Source of the DNA: Escherichia coli
GTDB lineage: Bacteria > Pseudomonadota > Gammaproteobacteria > Enterobacterales > Enterobacteriaceae
Length of the DNA stretch: 64,000 nucleotides
Reading direction: 5' to 3' (one strand)
Assembly: GCF_003018255.1 (NCBI RefSeq)
Contig: NZ_CP027440.1
The notes beneath the pieces are model-generated. The model ran no database searches. It saw nothing but the letters and a program-made list of their open reading frames with translations, and was not told the origin of the DNA. Position 1 is the first letter of the stretch; each line of letters opens with the position of its first letter. This document shows positions 23,149 through 37,811 of the stretch, piece after piece. The translations under genes were made by a program, and so were the position numbers.

Positions 23149-23250
23149 AGTTTGCTGACAAAGTGCACTTTGTTTATACCGGATACGGCGTGAACACTTT
23201 ACCCGTCTAAAAACATCTAGAAAAATCAATATATTGCAGGAGCCACACAG

Positions 23251-23275
23251 GCCTGATAAGCATTATGCATCAGGC
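23251..23275. repeat. REP-like palindrome
   Basis: gcctgataagcattatgcatcaggc inverted repeat. Confidence 0.45.
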
Positions 23276-23288
23276 AAACTTCACGCAT

Positions 23289-23849
23289 TTACAACCGCCC
23301 CTGCCCCTTCAACCATTCGCGCACGAGGAAAAGCGCGCTGACATTACGCGCTTCGTTGAAGTCAGGGTCTTCCAGCAAATCCATCATATGCGCCAGCGGC
23401 CAGCGCACCTGTGGTAGCGGCTCTGGCTCATCGCCTTCCAGCGATTCCGGGTAGAGATCTTGCGCTACCACGATATTCATTTTGCTGGAAAAGTAAGACG
23501 GTGCCATGCTGAGCTTCTTCAAAAAAGTCAGATCGTTCGCACCAAATCCCACCTCTTCTTTTAGCTCGCGGTTCGCGGCTTCGAAGACGCTTTCACCCGG
23601 ATCAATTAATCCTTTCGAAAAACCTAATTCGTAGGATTCAGTTCCCACTGCGTATTCGCGGATCAGGATCAGGTGATCGTCCACAATCGGCACAATCATC
23701 ACTGCTTCCCGGTTGGTTGGACGCATTCGTTCATAAACACGCCGCACGCCATTGCTGAACTCCAGATCCACGCTTTCGACGGTAAACAGTCGGGAACGGG
23801 CTACAGTTTCAACATTCAGAATGGTGGGTTTTTGTAATGATTTGCTCAT
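23289..23849 (-). CDS. nudE: ADP compounds hydrolase NudE (Nudix)
   Basis: 186 aa; Nudix box GLIDPGESVFEAANRELKEEVGF. Confidence 0.9.
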   Translation of the reverse strand: MSKSLQKPTILNVETVARSRLFTVESVDLEFSNGVRRVYERMRPTNREAVMIVPIVDDHLILIREYAVGTESYELGFSKGLIDPGESVFEAANRELKEEVGFGANDLTFLKKLSMAPSYFSSKMNIVVAQDLYPESLEGDEPEPLPQVRWPLAHMMDLLEDPDFNEARNVSALFLVREWLKGQGRL

Positions 23850-24168
23850 CGTGGGATCTATGCTGTGAAATCAGCGGTTATTGTGCGATATCGGACACGC
23901 TTTCGGCAATGTGAATTGCATGTTATTTACATTTATGTAACTTAATAAATAATCGTCCTCAAATCAAATTAAAAGTCAATAGGTTGAAATAACTCCAGGA
24001 ATTTGCTGATATTCCGCCTTCAGAGGGTTTGCTATGATCAGCGGTTACTGTGATGTGCTTAATGATGCTCAAGTTAAACTCCACGCTTGCCGATAGCCAA
24101 CCGCAGAATCATGTTTTGTGTCCGGTGCGACTGACCACGCCTGACAGACTAAGTAAGATGGGGAAAGC

Positions 24169-26304
24169 ATGAGCACCATTGTGATTTTTTTAGCTGCTTT
24201 GCTGGCCTGCTCACTACTTGCGGGATGGCTGATAAAAGTGCGATCCAGACGGCGTCAGCTGCCCTGGACCAACGCCTTCGCGGATGCGCAAACGCGTAAA
24301 CTCACACCTGAAGAACGTAGCGCCGTTGAAAATTATCTTGAGAGCCTGACGCAGGTATTACAGGTGCCTGGCCCAACGGGAGCCAGCGCGGCACCGATTT
24401 CTCTGGCGCTGAATGCCGAAAGCAACAACGTCATGATGCTAACACACGCTATCACGCGTTACGGCATCTCTACCGACGATCCGAATAAATGGCGTTACTA
24501 CCTCGATTCGGTAGAAGTCCACCTGCCCCCTTTCTGGGAGCAGTACATCAACGATGAGAATACCGTTGAACTGATTCATACCGATTCGCTGCCGCTGGTT
24601 ATTTCACTCAACGGTCATACGCTGCAGGAGTACATGCAGGAAACTCGCGGCTATGCCTTGCAACCTGTTCCGTCAACACAGGCGTCGATTCGCGGGGAAG
24701 AGAGTGAGCAAATCGAGCTACTCAATATTCGCAAAGAAACGCACGAAGAGTATGCGCTAAGTCGTCCGCGCGGGCTGCGCGAAGCGTTGCTGATTGTCGC
24801 CTCCTTCCTGATGTTCTTTTTCTGCCTGATTACCCCGGATGTATTTGTTCCGTGGCTGGCAGGCGGCGCGTTACTGCTGCTGGGCGCAGGTCTGTGGGGG
24901 CTATTCGCGCCCCCGGCAAAATCCTCCCTGCGGGAAATTCATTGTCTGCGCGGTACACCCCGTCGTTGGGGATTGTTTGGCGAAAACGATCAGGAACAGA
25001 TCAACAATATTTCACTCGGTATTATCGACCTGGTCTACCCCGCACACTGGCAGCCCTACATTGCTCATGATCTCGGCCAACAAACCGATATCGATATCTA
25101 TCTCGACCGCCACGTAGTGCGTCAGGGGCGATATCTTTCGCTGCATGATGAAGTAAAAAACTTTCCGTTACAGCACTGGCTGCGCAGTACGATTATCGCT
25201 GCGGGTTCGCTGCTGGTGCTGTTTATGCTGTTATTCTGGATCCCGCTGGATATGCCGCTGAAATTCACTCTCTCATGGATGAAAGGCGCGCAGACCATTG
25301 AAGCCACCAGCGTGAAACAACTGGCTGACGCTGGCGTACGGGTTGGCGATACATTGCGTATTAGCGGTACGGGAATGTGTAATATTCGCACTTCCGGTAC
25401 CTGGAGCGCGAAAACCAACTCACCTTTTTTACCGTTTGACTGCTCGCAGATCATCTGGAATGACGCCCGCTCATTGCCATTACCAGAATCTGAATTGGTC
25501 AACAAAGCGACGGCATTGACCGAAGCAGTTAATCGCCAGCTGCACCCTAAACCGGAAGATGAATCTCGCGTCAGCGCCTCATTACGTTCAGCAATTCAAA
25601 AATCCGGCATGGTATTGCTTGATGATTTTGGCGACATAGTACTGAAGACAGCGGATCTGTGTTCTGCCAAAGATGACTGTGTGCGACTGAAAAATGCGCT
25701 GGTCAATCTCGGCAACAGTAAAGACTGGGACGCGCTGGTAAAACGCGCCAACGCCGGGAAACTCGATGGCGTGAATGTGTTATTACGCCCGGTGAGTGCG
25801 GAATCGCTGGATAACCTGGTGGCAACCTCCACCGCGCCGTTTATCACGCATGAAACGGCGCGAGCGGCACAATCACTAAACAGTCCGGCCCCCGGCGGAT
25901 TCCTGATTGTCAGCGACGAAGGCAGCGATTTTGTTGATCAGCCCTGGCCTTCGGCATCACTTTACGACTACCCGCCGCAAGAACAGTGGAACGCTTTCCA
26001 GAAACTGGCACAAATGCTGATGCATACGCCGTTTAACGCCGAGGGTATCGTCACAAAAATCTTCACTGACGCCAATGGTACGCAGCATATAGGCCTTCAT
26101 CCGATCCCGGATCGTTCCGGCCTGTGGCGCTATCTCAGCACCACGCTGCTGCTACTGACGATGCTGGGTAGCGCCATTTATAATGGCGTACAGGCCTGGC
26201 GGCGTTACCAGCGTCATCGTACTCGCATGATGAAGATTCAGGCCTATTATGAAAGCTGCCTGAACCCACAACTGATCACCCCTTCAGAAAGCCTTATCGA
26301 ATAA
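24169..26304 (+). CDS. igaA: Inner membrane protein IgaA/YrfF (Rcs phosphorelay attenuator)
   Basis: 711 aa with TM segments and large periplasmic region; position between nudE and yrfG. Confidence 0.9.
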   Translation: MSTIVIFLAALLACSLLAGWLIKVRSRRRQLPWTNAFADAQTRKLTPEERSAVENYLESLTQVLQVPGPTGASAAPISLALNAESNNVMMLTHAITRYGISTDDPNKWRYYLDSVEVHLPPFWEQYINDENTVELIHTDSLPLVISLNGHTLQEYMQETRGYALQPVPSTQASIRGEESEQIELLNIRKETHEEYALSRPRGLREALLIVASFLMFFFCLITPDVFVPWLAGGALLLLGAGLWGLFAPPAKSSLREIHCLRGTPRRWGLFGENDQEQINNISLGIIDLVYPAHWQPYIAHDLGQQTDIDIYLDRHVVRQGRYLSLHDEVKNFPLQHWLRSTIIAAGSLLVLFMLLFWIPLDMPLKFTLSWMKGAQTIEATSVKQLADAGVRVGDTLRISGTGMCNIRTSGTWSAKTNSPFLPFDCSQIIWNDARSLPLPESELVNKATALTEAVNRQLHPKPEDESRVSASLRSAIQKSGMVLLDDFGDIVLKTADLCSAKDDCVRLKNALVNLGNSKDWDALVKRANAGKLDGVNVLLRPVSAESLDNLVATSTAPFITHETARAAQSLNSPAPGGFLIVSDEGSDFVDQPWPSASLYDYPPQEQWNAFQKLAQMLMHTPFNAEGIVTKIFTDANGTQHIGLHPIPDRSGLWRYLSTTLLLLTMLGSAIYNGVQAWRRYQRHRTRMMKIQAYYESCLNPQLITPSESLIE

Positions 26305-26368
26305 CACGTTTGCGCGGCAGGTTATGCTACCCTGTCGCGCAAATTGCTTCACTCTGGAGATTTCCCTC

Positions 26369-27037
26369 ATGCATATCAACATTGCCTGGCAGGACGTAGA
26401 TACCGTTCTGCTGGATATGGACGGCACGTTGCTCGACCTCGCCTTCGATAACTATTTCTGGCAAAAGCTGGTGCCTGAAACATGGGGCGCGAAAAACGGG
26501 GTTACGCCACAGGAAGCGATGGAATATATGCGCCAGCAATATCACGACGTACAGCATACGCTAAACTGGTACTGTCTTGATTACTGGAGTGAGCAACTGG
26601 GTCTGGATATCTGTGCGATGACCACCGAGATGGGACCGCGCGCCGTACTGCGTGAAGATACCATTCCGTTTCTTGAGGCACTGAAAGCCAGCGGTAAGCA
26701 GCGAATTTTGCTCACCAATGCGCATCCGCACAACCTGGCGGTAAAACTTGAGCATACCGGTCTGGACGCACACCTTGATTTATTACTTTCCACCCACACA
26801 TTTGGTTATCCGAAAGAGGATCAGCGGTTATGGCATGCGGTGGCCGAAGCTACGGGTCTGAAAGCTGAAAGAACGCTGTTTATTGATGACAGCGAAGCGA
26901 TTCTCGATGCTGCCGCGCAATTTGGTATTCGTTACTGCCTCGGCGTGACTAATCCTGACTCCGGGATTGCCGAGAAACAGTATCAACGCCATCCGTCACT
27001 GAATGACTACCGCCGCCTGATCCCCTCGCTAATGTGA
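26369..27037 (+). CDS. yrfG: HAD-family nucleotidase YrfG
   Basis: Start trimmed to MHINIAWQDVDTVLLDMDGTLLD (ATG 26369); HAD DxDGT motif; 222 aa. Confidence 0.85.
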   Translation: MHINIAWQDVDTVLLDMDGTLLDLAFDNYFWQKLVPETWGAKNGVTPQEAMEYMRQQYHDVQHTLNWYCLDYWSEQLGLDICAMTTEMGPRAVLREDTIPFLEALKASGKQRILLTNAHPHNLAVKLEHTGLDAHLDLLLSTHTFGYPKEDQRLWHAVAEATGLKAERTLFIDDSEAILDAAAQFGIRYCLGVTNPDSGIAEKQYQRHPSLNDYRRLIPSLM

Positions 27038-27047
27038 AGGAGACGCC

Positions 27048-27449
27048 ATGAAAGAAAAACCTGCTGTTGAGGTTCGACTGGATAAATGGCTATGGGCTGC
27101 CCGTTTTTATAAAACCCGCGCGCTGGCCCGTGAAATGATTGAAGGCGGTAAGGTGCATTACAACGGGCAGCGCAGCAAGCCGAGCAAAATCGTCGAGCTG
27201 AATGCCACGCTCACTCTGCGCCAGGGAAATGACGAACGCACGGTGATTGTAAAGGCGATTACTGAACAGCGTCGCCCCGCCAGCGAGGCAGCCTTGCTGT
27301 ATGAAGAGACTGCGGAAAGTGTAGAGAAACGCGAAAAAATGGCGCTGGCACGTAAACTTAATGCCTTAACCATGCCGCACCCGGACCGACGCCCGGACAA
27401 AAAAGAGCGCCGCGACCTGTTACGATTTAAACACGGCGACAGTGAATAA
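27048..27449 (+). CDS. hslR: Heat shock protein 15 (ribosome-associated, S4-like RNA binding)
   Basis: 133 aa; basic S4-like N-terminus VRLDKWLWAARFYKTR. Confidence 0.9.
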   Translation: MKEKPAVEVRLDKWLWAARFYKTRALAREMIEGGKVHYNGQRSKPSKIVELNATLTLRQGNDERTVIVKAITEQRRPASEAALLYEETAESVEKREKMALARKLNALTMPHPDRRPDKKERRDLLRFKHGDSE

Positions 27450-27473
27450 CTGTCACCTGCAAGAGAGATGATT

Positions 27474-28352
27474 ATGCCGCAACATGACCAATTACATCGC
27501 TATCTGTTTGAAAACTTTGCCGTTCGCGGCGAACTGGTAACCGTTTCGGAAACCCTGCAACAGATCCTTGAGAACCACGATTATCCGCAGCCCGTTAAAA
27601 ACGTGCTGGCAGAACTGCTGGTTGCGACCAGCCTGTTAACCGCTACGCTGAAGTTTGATGGTGATATCACCGTACAGCTGCAAGGCGACGGTCCGATGAA
27701 TCTGGCGGTTATTAACGGTAACAACAACCAGCAGATGCGCGGTGTGGCGCGCGTGCAGGGCGAAATTCCAGAAAATGCCGACCTGAAAACGCTGGTCGGC
27801 AATGGTTACGTGGTGATCACCATCACCCCGAGCGAAGGTGAACGCTATCAGGGCGTGGTGGGTCTGGAAGGTGATACTCTGGCGGCCTGCCTGGAAGATT
27901 ACTTTATGCGTTCTGAACAGCTGCCGACGCGCCTGTTTATTCGCACCGGCGACGTAGACGGCAAACCGGCTGCAGGCGGTATGTTGTTGCAGGTAATGCC
28001 TGCGCAAAATGCCCAGCAGGACGACTTTGACCACCTGGCGACGCTAACCGAAACCATCAAAACCGAAGAACTGTTGACCTTACCGGCAAACGAAGTGTTG
28101 TGGCGTTTGTATCACGAAGAAGAGGTGACGGTTTATGATCCGCAGGATGTGGAGTTCAAATGCACCTGCTCGCGTGAACGTTGCGCCGACGCGCTAAAAA
28201 CGCTGCCGGATGAAGAAGTCGATAGCATCCTGGCGGAAGATGGCGAAATTGACATGCATTGTGATTACTGCGGTAACCACTATCTGTTCAATGCGATGGA
28301 TATTGCTGAAATCCGCAACAACGCGTCTCCGGCAGATCCGCAAGTTCATTAA
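27474..28352 (+). CDS. hslO: Redox-regulated chaperone Hsp33
   Basis: Start [16 protein letters not shown]-terminal zinc centre CTCSRERC ... CDYCG; 292 aa. Confidence 0.9.
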   Translation: MPQHDQLHRYLFENFAVRGELVTVSETLQQILENHDYPQPVKNVLAELLVATSLLTATLKFDGDITVQLQGDGPMNLAVINGNNNQQMRGVARVQGEIPENADLKTLVGNGYVVITITPSEGERYQGVVGLEGDTLAACLEDYFMRSEQLPTRLFIRTGDVDGKPAAGGMLLQVMPAQNAQQDDFDHLATLTETIKTEELLTLPANEVLWRLYHEEEVTVYDPQDVEFKCTCSRERCADALKTLPDEEVDSILAEDGEIDMHCDYCGNHYLFNAMDIAEIRNNASPADPQVH

Positions 28353-28360
28353 TGAGTATG

Positions 28361-28387
28361 TCCGGCAGAGAGGGCTCTGCCGGATTT
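28361..28387. terminator. Hairpin terminator between convergent hslO and yhgE
   Basis: tccggcagagagggctctgccgga stem-loop followed by ttttac. Confidence 0.6.
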
Positions 28388-28399
28388 TACGACGTAATG

Positions 28400-28423
28400 G
28401 CCTGATGCGCTTATCAGACCTAC
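28400..28423. repeat. REP-like element
   Basis: gcctgatgcgcttatcagacctac. Confidence 0.5.
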
Positions 28424-28489
28424 GGATTCAATGCAATTTATCGCAGGTAAGATAATGTGCCGAATCCAATAAAAATCAGATATGCGCTG

Positions 28490-30214
28490 TCATTCATTCA
28501 GATTCAAATCCAGTCTTTCGCCATCCACCGTAAGATCGCGCCACACTTTAGGCTTCGTCCCCAGTTTTCCATCCTCCGCAGCCATGAGTAATTTTTCTTT
28601 CGTTATTACAGCCGGGAGTGAATTCATCGTAATCTCTTTCCATTCTTTCCCAGCAGGATCAATACCATAGATAATGTATCTTTCATCATTAAAGGCAAAC
28701 AGGATCCGCTCTGCCCTGCCATCACTATTCAGATCTTGCTCTACCAGCACGCAGGCATCTTTTTCAATGCATATCATTGCGTTATAGCGATTTTTCATCA
28801 CTGCCGACCAGAATATCGTATCCGGTTTTCCAGAACCTGAGGCAATAAATACATTATCTGCTAATGCTTTTTCCGATATCTGCTGCTGAAGACGTTGTAC
28901 TCCATCAAATGCCATCAGCAGACCCCGCCTGCGTTTCGGGTCTTTCATATACTCGGCATCGCTTTTCAGCGACTCAAGCGCCGCACGTCCATAGCGACCG
29001 CTCTGTTCGAGCATATAGAGACTTACCTGGTCTGGCGTGTTTTTGCCGCTCTGATAACGCGCCATATGACTGTTCACGCTAATGCGCATACTGTCCAGCA
29101 CCGGAGAATTAAGAAGCACCAGTATTACCAACACCAATAACGAAACCGCAAGGTTCACTTTGCCCTGAAGAACAAGGGGGTTTTGCCCTTTACGCCAGAC
29201 GATACTGACAAAATACCCCAGCGACCATACCAGTAACACCAGCACCGCCAGCGCGCCCTGCAAGCGGTCGACAGTCCAGCCGTACTGAGCGACCCGCAGC
29301 CATAACGCCCAGGCGGCGACGAACACATACAGCGGAGCAACCAGCAAAGCGGTTTTAATCAGGCAACGCAACGGCCCCGTCCAGGGAAGAGACGCTTTTT
29401 GCGGATCGCGGACAATAGCCATTAAGATCAATTGCAAAAAGGCCAGCGTTAACAGCAACCCAGCGGCGGAGATGTGGCGAGAAATCGCGCTCAGGCCCGT
29501 AAACGGCAGGGTGATAATAAACATCAGGGTTAGCAATGATACTAACGGCAGCAACCCCGTGGCGATTAACGTGAACAACTTTTGAATAGAGTCGATTAAA
29601 CGTGACTGTGTACGCGCGAGGATCACCGCCAGTGCGGTAACCAGACCTAACGTGAGATAAATAAACCAGTCGGTTGCAAAAAAGAGCGTTTTGAAAAACG
29701 TGATGCCAACAAGTTTAAACAACTCTCCCCACAGTAAAAGTACCAGCCACGTCAGGCCATTGGCGAGAAAAATCACCAGTAATATAAGTACGTTATGCCA
29801 TACTGACTGGTAAAAATAGCGATAGCGGCTACTGTCATTGCGGATGCGAAGGCTTTGTTGTATCCACGGTAGCAACAACATTGCCATCAGCAGCAGATAG
29901 CAACCAAAATCCCAAAGCGCCTTTTCTGCTCTCCAGGGGTTCATGCCATCAATTTGCCACTTTAGCCAACCGCTCATCCCTAGCGTGGCAATAAACACCA
30001 GCGCCAGCCATCCCCAAAGGCGCTTCTGTTTAAAGGAGATCACGGAGAAGAGTAAAACGGATGAAAACGCGACGGTCGCAGGCACGCCATAAACAATCCA
30101 ACTGTGATTTTTTCCGGCAAGCCAGGCGATCAGCAGGTAGCAAACCAGACCCTGAAGTAATCCGGTAGCAATCATCCCCCAGCGTGTTGCCGGTGAAAGT
30201 TCAACGTTATCCAT
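28490..30214 (-). CDS. yhgE: Inner membrane protein YhgE
   Basis: 574 aa; many TM segments in N-terminal two thirds, soluble C-terminal domain. Confidence 0.85.
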   Translation of the reverse strand: MDNVELSPATRWGMIATGLLQGLVCYLLIAWLAGKNHSWIVYGVPATVAFSSVLLFSVISFKQKRLWGWLALVFIATLGMSGWLKWQIDGMNPWRAEKALWDFGCYLLLMAMLLLPWIQQSLRIRNDSSRYRYFYQSVWHNVLILLVIFLANGLTWLVLLLWGELFKLVGITFFKTLFFATDWFIYLTLGLVTALAVILARTQSRLIDSIQKLFTLIATGLLPLVSLLTLMFIITLPFTGLSAISRHISAAGLLLTLAFLQLILMAIVRDPQKASLPWTGPLRCLIKTALLVAPLYVFVAAWALWLRVAQYGWTVDRLQGALAVLVLLVWSLGYFVSIVWRKGQNPLVLQGKVNLAVSLLVLVILVLLNSPVLDSMRISVNSHMARYQSGKNTPDQVSLYMLEQSGRYGRAALESLKSDAEYMKDPKRRRGLLMAFDGVQRLQQQISEKALADNVFIASGSGKPDTIFWSAVMKNRYNAMICIEKDACVLVEQDLNSDGRAERILFAFNDERYIIYGIDPAGKEWKEITMNSLPAVITKEKLLMAAEDGKLGTKPKVWRDLTVDGERLDLNLNE

Positions 30215-30592
30215 GTTAGTTATCCAGAATCAAAAAGTGGGTTAATTATTGCATCCGGGCCGTAGTATTTTGCTTTTTTCAGAAAATAATCAAAAAAAGT
30301 TAGCGTGGTGAATCGATACTTTACCGATTGAATTTGCATCAATTTCATTCAGGAATGCGATTCCACTCACAATATTCCCGCCATATAAACCAAGATTTAA
30401 CCTTTTAAGAACATTTTCCACACCTAAAATGCTATTTCTGCGATAATAGCAACCGTTTCGTGACAGGAATCACGGAGTTTTTTGTCAAATATGAATTTCT
30501 CCAGATACGTAAATCTATGAGCCTTGTCGCGGTTAACACCCCCAAAAAGACTTTACTATTCAGGCAATACATATTGGCTAAGGAGCAGTGAA

Positions 30593-32215
30593 ATGCGCGT
30601 TAACAATGGTTTGACCCCGCAAGAACTCGAGGCTTATGGTATCAGTGACGTACATGATATCGTTTACAACCCAAGCTACGACCTGCTGTATCAGGAAGAG
30701 CTCGATCCGAGCCTGACAGGTTATGAGCGCGGGGTGTTAACTAATCTGGGTGCCGTTGCCGTCGATACCGGGATCTTCACCGGTCGTTCACCAAAAGATA
30801 AGTATATCGTCCGTGACGATACCACTCGCGATACTTTCTGGTGGGCAGACAAAGGCAAAGGTAAGAACGACAACAAACCTCTCTCTCCGGAAACCTGGCA
30901 GCATCTGAAAGGCCTGGTGACCAAACAGCTTTCCGGCAAACGTCTGTTCGTTGTCGACGCCTTCTGTGGTGCGAACCCGGATACTCGTCTTTCCGTCCGT
31001 TTCATCACCGAAGTGGCCTGGCAGGCGCATTTTGTCAAAAACATGTTTATTCGCCCGAGCGATGAAGAGCTGGCAGGTTTCAAACCAGACTTTATCGTTA
31101 TGAACGGCGCGAAGTGCACTAACCCGCAGTGGAAAGAACAGGGTCTGAACTCCGAAAACTTCGTGGCGTTTAACCTGACCGAGCGCATGCAGCTGATTGG
31201 CGGCACCTGGTACGGCGGCGAAATGAAGAAAGGGATGTTCTCAATGATGAACTACCTGCTGCCGCTGAAAGGTATCGCTTCTATGCACTGCTCCGCCAAC
31301 GTTGGCGAGAAAGGCGATGTTGCGGTGTTCTTCGGCCTTTCCGGCACCGGTAAAACCACCCTTTCCACCGACCCGAAACGTCGCCTGATTGGCGATGACG
31401 AGCACGGCTGGGACGATGACGGTGTGTTTAACTTTGAAGGCGGCTGCTACGCAAAAACTATCAAGCTGTCGAAAGAAGCGGAACCTGAAATCTACAACGC
31501 TATCCGTCGTGATGCGCTGCTGGAAAACGTCACCGTGCGTGAAGATGGCACTATCGACTTTGATGATGGTTCAAAAACCGAGAACACCCGCGTTTCTTAT
31601 CCGATCTATCACATCGAAAACATCGTTAAGCCGGTGTCCAAAGCGGGCCACGCAACTAAAGTTATCTTCCTGACCGCAGACGCCTTTGGTGTGCTGCCGC
31701 CGGTTTCTCGTCTGACTGCCGATCAAACCCAGTACCACTTCCTCTCTGGCTTCACCGCCAAACTGGCCGGTACAGAGCGCGGCATCACCGAACCGACGCC
31801 AACCTTCTCCGCCTGCTTCGGCGCGGCATTCCTGTCGCTGCACCCGACGCAGTACGCAGAAGTGCTGGTGAAACGTATGCAGGCGGCAGGCGCGCAGGCG
31901 TATCTGGTTAACACCGGCTGGAACGGCACTGGCAAACGTATCTCGATTAAAGATACCCGCGCCATTATCGACGCCATCCTCAACGGTTCGCTGGATAACG
32001 CAGAAACCTTCACTCTGCCGATGTTTAACCTGGCGATCCCAACCGAACTGCCGGGCGTAGACACGAAGATCCTCGATCCGCGTAACACCTACGCTTCTCC
32101 GGAACAGTGGCAGGAAAAAGCCGAAACGCTGGCGAAACTGTTTATCGACAACTTCGATAAATACACCGACACCCCTGCGGGTGCCGCGCTGGTAGAAGCA
32201 GGTCCGAAGCTGTAA
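30593..32215 (+). CDS. pck: Phosphoenolpyruvate carboxykinase (ATP)
   Basis: ATG 30593 preceded by aggag; [20 protein letters not shown]-binding GLSGTGKTT; 540 aa. Confidence 0.95.
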   Translation: MRVNNGLTPQELEAYGISDVHDIVYNPSYDLLYQEELDPSLTGYERGVLTNLGAVAVDTGIFTGRSPKDKYIVRDDTTRDTFWWADKGKGKNDNKPLSPETWQHLKGLVTKQLSGKRLFVVDAFCGANPDTRLSVRFITEVAWQAHFVKNMFIRPSDEELAGFKPDFIVMNGAKCTNPQWKEQGLNSENFVAFNLTERMQLIGGTWYGGEMKKGMFSMMNYLLPLKGIASMHCSANVGEKGDVAVFFGLSGTGKTTLSTDPKRRLIGDDEHGWDDDGVFNFEGGCYAKTIKLSKEAEPEIYNAIRRDALLENVTVREDGTIDFDDGSKTENTRVSYPIYHIENIVKPVSKAGHATKVIFLTADAFGVLPPVSRLTADQTQYHFLSGFTAKLAGTERGITEPTPTFSACFGAAFLSLHPTQYAEVLVKRMQAAGAQAYLVNTGWNGTGKRISIKDTRAIIDAILNGSLDNAETFTLPMFNLAIPTELPGVDTKILDPRNTYASPEQWQEKAETLAKLFIDNFDKYTDTPAGAALVEAGPKL

Positions 32216-32260
32216 TGATTTGAAGCTGGAGAATATCTATCCAGTATCTTATAGAAAGCA

Positions 32261-32290
32261 AAACGGGAGGCACCTTCACCTCCCGTTTTA
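32261..32290. terminator. Bidirectional terminator between pck and envZ
   Basis: aacgggaggcaccttcacctcccgtttta. Confidence 0.65.
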
Positions 32291-32291
32291 T

Positions 32292-34360
<2,069 letters not shown>

Positions 34361-34587
34361 TGTTTGTACTCCCAAAGGTTCGCAACAATTTGTAAGCGTG
34401 TATTCTTAAAAAAGCTCACGTTCGTCACCAGCTAAATCTGGTATGAATTTCAGCCTAAATTGTTACAAAGCATATTAAACAGCAGCTTAAGTATACAATT
34501 TATTCGGCGAAACATTATTGATTCTGTTGATATGATCACGTTATACCCAATGTGCGCATTATCAAACAGACAAAGGGAATCAACGAG

Positions 34588-35064
34588 ATGAAAACGCCCC
34601 TGGTTACCCGGGAAGGGTATGAAAAACTCAAACAAGAGCTTAATTATCTCTGGCGTGAAGAACGCCCGGAGGTCACAAAAAAGGTGACCTGGGCCGCAAG
34701 TCTGGGCGACCGCAGCGAAAATGCTGACTATCAGTATAATAAAAAGCGCCTGCGTGAAATCGACCGTCGCGTGCGCTATCTCACTAAATGCATGGAAAAT
34801 CTCAAAATCGTCGATTACTCCCCGCAGCAGGAAGGCAAAGTCTTTTTTGGCGCGTGGGTGGAGATTGAAAACGACGATGGCGTGACTCACCGTTTCCGTA
34901 TTGTCGGCTACGATGAAATTTTTGGCCGTAAAGATTACATCTCTATCGATTCCCCGATGGCTCGCGCATTGCTGAAAAAAGAGGTGGGCGATTTGGCGGT
35001 GGTGAATACCCCTGCCGGGGAAGCGAGCTGGTATGTTAATGCTATCGAGTACGTGAAACCGTAA
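34588..35064 (+). CDS. greB: Transcription elongation factor GreB
   Basis: Start MKTPLVTREGYEKLKQEL (ATG 34588); 158 aa. Confidence 0.9.
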   Translation: MKTPLVTREGYEKLKQELNYLWREERPEVTKKVTWAASLGDRSENADYQYNKKRLREIDRRVRYLTKCMENLKIVDYSPQQEGKVFFGAWVEIENDDGVTHRFRIVGYDEIFGRKDYISIDSPMARALLKKEVGDLAVVNTPAGEASWYVNAIEYVKP

Positions 35065-35160
35065 GGAAGAGTCTTAACCTCCTGCCGATGGCTGGCATTT
35101 TTGCCAGCCAGTCCGTATAACTATCCCCTGATTTTTGATCCGAAAAGATGAACTCAAACC

Positions 35161-37482
35161 ATGATGAATGATTCGTTCTGCCGCATTATTGCGGGTGAAA
35201 TTCAGGCGCGCCCGGAACAGGTTGACGCTGCCGTTCGCCTGCTTGACGAAGGGAATACCGTGCCGTTTATCGCACGTTATCGTAAGGAAATCACCGGCGG
35301 TCTGGATGACACGCAGCTGCGTAATCTGGAAACGCGTCTGAGCTATCTGCGCGAGCTGGAAGAGAGACGTCAGGCGATCCTCAAGTCCATTTCCGAGCAA
35401 GGCAAACTCACTGACGAGCTGGCGAATGCCATCAACGCCACACTAAGCAAAACCGAACTCGAAGACCTCTACCTGCCCTACAAACCTAAACGCCGCACCC
35501 GCGGGCAAATCGCCATTGAAGCAGGGCTTGAGCCGTTGGCCGATCTGCTGTGGAGCGATCCGTCACACACGCCAGAAGTCGCCGCTGCACAATATGTTGA
35601 TGCCGATAAAGGCGTGGCAGATACCAAAGCCGCGCTGGACGGCGCACGCTATATCCTGATGGAACGGTTTGCCGAAGATGCCGCGCTGCTGGCAAAAGTG
35701 CGTGATTATCTGTGGAAGAACGCGCATTTGGTTTCGACGGTGGTGAGCGGTAAAGAAGAGGAAGGGGCGAAATTCCGCGACTATTTCGATCATCACGAAC
35801 CGCTATCAACGGTGCCTTCTCACCGCGCGCTGGCGATGTTCCGTGGTCGTAACGAAGGCATACTTCAGCTTTCGCTGAATGCCGATCCGCAGTTCGAAGA
35901 GCCGCCGAAAGAGAGCTATTGCGAGCAAATCATCATGGATCACCTTGGCCTGCGCCTGAACAATGCCCCGGCGGATAGCTGGCGCAAAGGCGTGGTGAGC
36001 TGGACGTGGCGCATCAAGGTGTTGATGCATCTGGAAACTGAACTGATGGGCACCGTGCGCGAACGCGCGGAAGATGAAGCAATCAACGTCTTTGCCCGTA
36101 ACCTGCACGATCTGCTGATGGCGGCCCCAGCCGGACTGCGTGCAACGATGGGCCTCGATCCGGGTCTGCGTACCGGGGTAAAAGTAGCGGTGGTCGATGC
36201 AACTGGCAAACTGGTGGCGACCGATACCATTTATCCACATACCGGACAAGCCGCAAAAGCAGCGATGACCGTTGCTGCCCTGTGTGAAAAGCATAATGTT
36301 GAACTGGTGGCGATCGGCAACGGTACAGCTTCCCGCGAAACCGAGCGTTTCTATCTCGACGTGCAGAAGCAGTTCCCGAAAGTGACCGCGCAGAAAGTGA
36401 TCGTCAGCGAAGCTGGCGCGTCGGTTTACTCGGCTTCCGAGCTGGCAGCACAGGAGTTCCCGGATCTCGACGTTTCGCTGCGTGGCGCGGTGTCTATCGC
36501 CCGCCGTTTGCAGGATCCGCTGGCGGAGCTGGTGAAAATCGATCCGAAATCTATCGGCGTAGGTCAGTATCAGCATGACGTCAGCCAGACGCAACTGGCC
36601 CGCAAACTGGACGCAGTAGTAGAAGACTGCGTAAACGCCGTTGGCGTCGATCTCAACACCGCTTCTGTTCCGCTGTTAACTCGCGTGGCGGGCCTGACGC
36701 GCATGATGGCGCAAAACATCGTTGCCTGGCGCGATGAGAACGGTCAGTTCCAGAACCGTCAGCAACTGCTGAAAGTGAGCCGTCTGGGGCCGAAAGCCTT
36801 CGAGCAGTGCGCGGGCTTCTTGCGCATTAACCATGGTGATAACCCGCTGGACGCGTCTACCGTTCACCCGGAAGCCTATCCGGTGGTGGAACGCATTCTG
36901 GCGGCGACGCAGCAGGCACTGAAAGATCTGATGGGTAACAGCAGCGAGCTGCGTAACCTGAAAGCGTCTGACTTTACTGATGAAAAATTCGGTGTACCGA
37001 CGGTAACTGACATCATCAAAGAGCTGGAAAAACCGGGTCGCGATCCGCGTCCGGAATTTAAAACCGCTCAGTTTGCCGATGGCGTCGAGACAATGAACGA
37101 CCTGCAACCGGGTATGATCCTCGAAGGTGCGGTGACCAACGTCACCAACTTTGGCGCGTTTGTCGATATTGGCGTTCATCAGGACGGCCTGGTTCACATC
37201 TCTTCATTGTCGAACAAGTTTGTGGAAGATCCGCATACCGTGGTGAAAGCGGGCGATATTGTGAAGGTGAAAGTGCTGGAAGTGGATCTTCAGCGCAAAC
37301 GTATCGCCCTGACTATGCGTCTGGACGAGCAGCCTGGCGAAACCAACGCTCGTCGCGGCGGCGGTAATGAACGTCCGCAGAACAACCGCCCGGCAGCCAA
37401 ACCGCGTGGGCGTGAAGCGCAGCCTGCCGGTAACAGCGCGATGATGGATGCGCTGGCGGCGGCAATGGGCAAAAAACGTTAA
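35161..37482 (+). CDS. tex: Transcription accessory protein Tex/YhgF (HhH, YqgF-like and S1 domains)
   Basis: 773 aa; C-terminal S1 domain [31 protein letters not shown]. Confidence 0.9.
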   Translation: MMNDSFCRIIAGEIQARPEQVDAAVRLLDEGNTVPFIARYRKEITGGLDDTQLRNLETRLSYLRELEERRQAILKSISEQGKLTDELANAINATLSKTELEDLYLPYKPKRRTRGQIAIEAGLEPLADLLWSDPSHTPEVAAAQYVDADKGVADTKAALDGARYILMERFAEDAALLAKVRDYLWKNAHLVSTVVSGKEEEGAKFRDYFDHHEPLSTVPSHRALAMFRGRNEGILQLSLNADPQFEEPPKESYCEQIIMDHLGLRLNNAPADSWRKGVVSWTWRIKVLMHLETELMGTVRERAEDEAINVFARNLHDLLMAAPAGLRATMGLDPGLRTGVKVAVVDATGKLVATDTIYPHTGQAAKAAMTVAALCEKHNVELVAIGNGTASRETERFYLDVQKQFPKVTAQKVIVSEAGASVYSASELAAQEFPDLDVSLRGAVSIARRLQDPLAELVKIDPKSIGVGQYQHDVSQTQLARKLDAVVEDCVNAVGVDLNTASVPLLTRVAGLTRMMAQNIVAWRDENGQFQNRQQLLKVSRLGPKAFEQCAGFLRINHGDNPLDASTVHPEAYPVVERILAATQQALKDLMGNSSELRNLKASDFTDEKFGVPTVTDIIKELEKPGRDPRPEFKTAQFADGVETMNDLQPGMILEGAVTNVTNFGAFVDIGVHQDGLVHISSLSNKFVEDPHTVVKAGDIVKVKVLEVDLQRKRIALTMRLDEQPGETNARRGGGNERPQNNRPAAKPRGREAQPAGNSAMMDALAAAMGKKR

Positions 37483-37563
37483 ACGCCCGGACTGGCCCCT
37501 AAACCTGCGCGATTAGGCGTTCACGCCACATCTGGCAACGAACGCCTTGCCTGACATAAAAGT

Positions 37564-37591
37564 GCCGGAGAATATCTCCGGCCTTTTTATT
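37564..37591 (+). terminator. Rho-independent terminator after tex
   Basis: gccggagaatatctccggcctttttatt. Confidence 0.7.
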
Positions 37592-37790
37592 CCACAAGCA
37601 AACTCATAATATATCCCGTTAATATTTATCACTTCATTAACAACTGAAACCTTAATTAAACATTAACCAGCCCTAATAATTCGTCATGCGAATTATATTT
37701 TCGCTGCGATATAACCTTGAGCCATATCAACATTGAGTCAGATTATTATTCAAACCAACATTCACACACATTTTAAGTATTGCTGATAGA

Positions 37791-37811
37791 AACCATTCTC
37801 ATTATCATTGT
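37791..37811. promoter_or_regulatory. Candidate Fur box in feoABC promoter region
   Basis: aaccattctcattatcattg resembles the Fur consensus gataatgataatcattatc; about 110 nt upstream of feoA. Confidence 0.35.

Noticed and set aside
28210-28455. 81 aa ORF overlapping hslO 3' end and downstream REP
   Set aside because: Overlaps hslO in another frame and runs through a terminator/REP element; no coding signal
35806-36594. 262 aa ORF antisense to tex/yhgF
   Set aside because: Shadow ORF within tex; no RBS, Arg/His-rich non-protein-like composition
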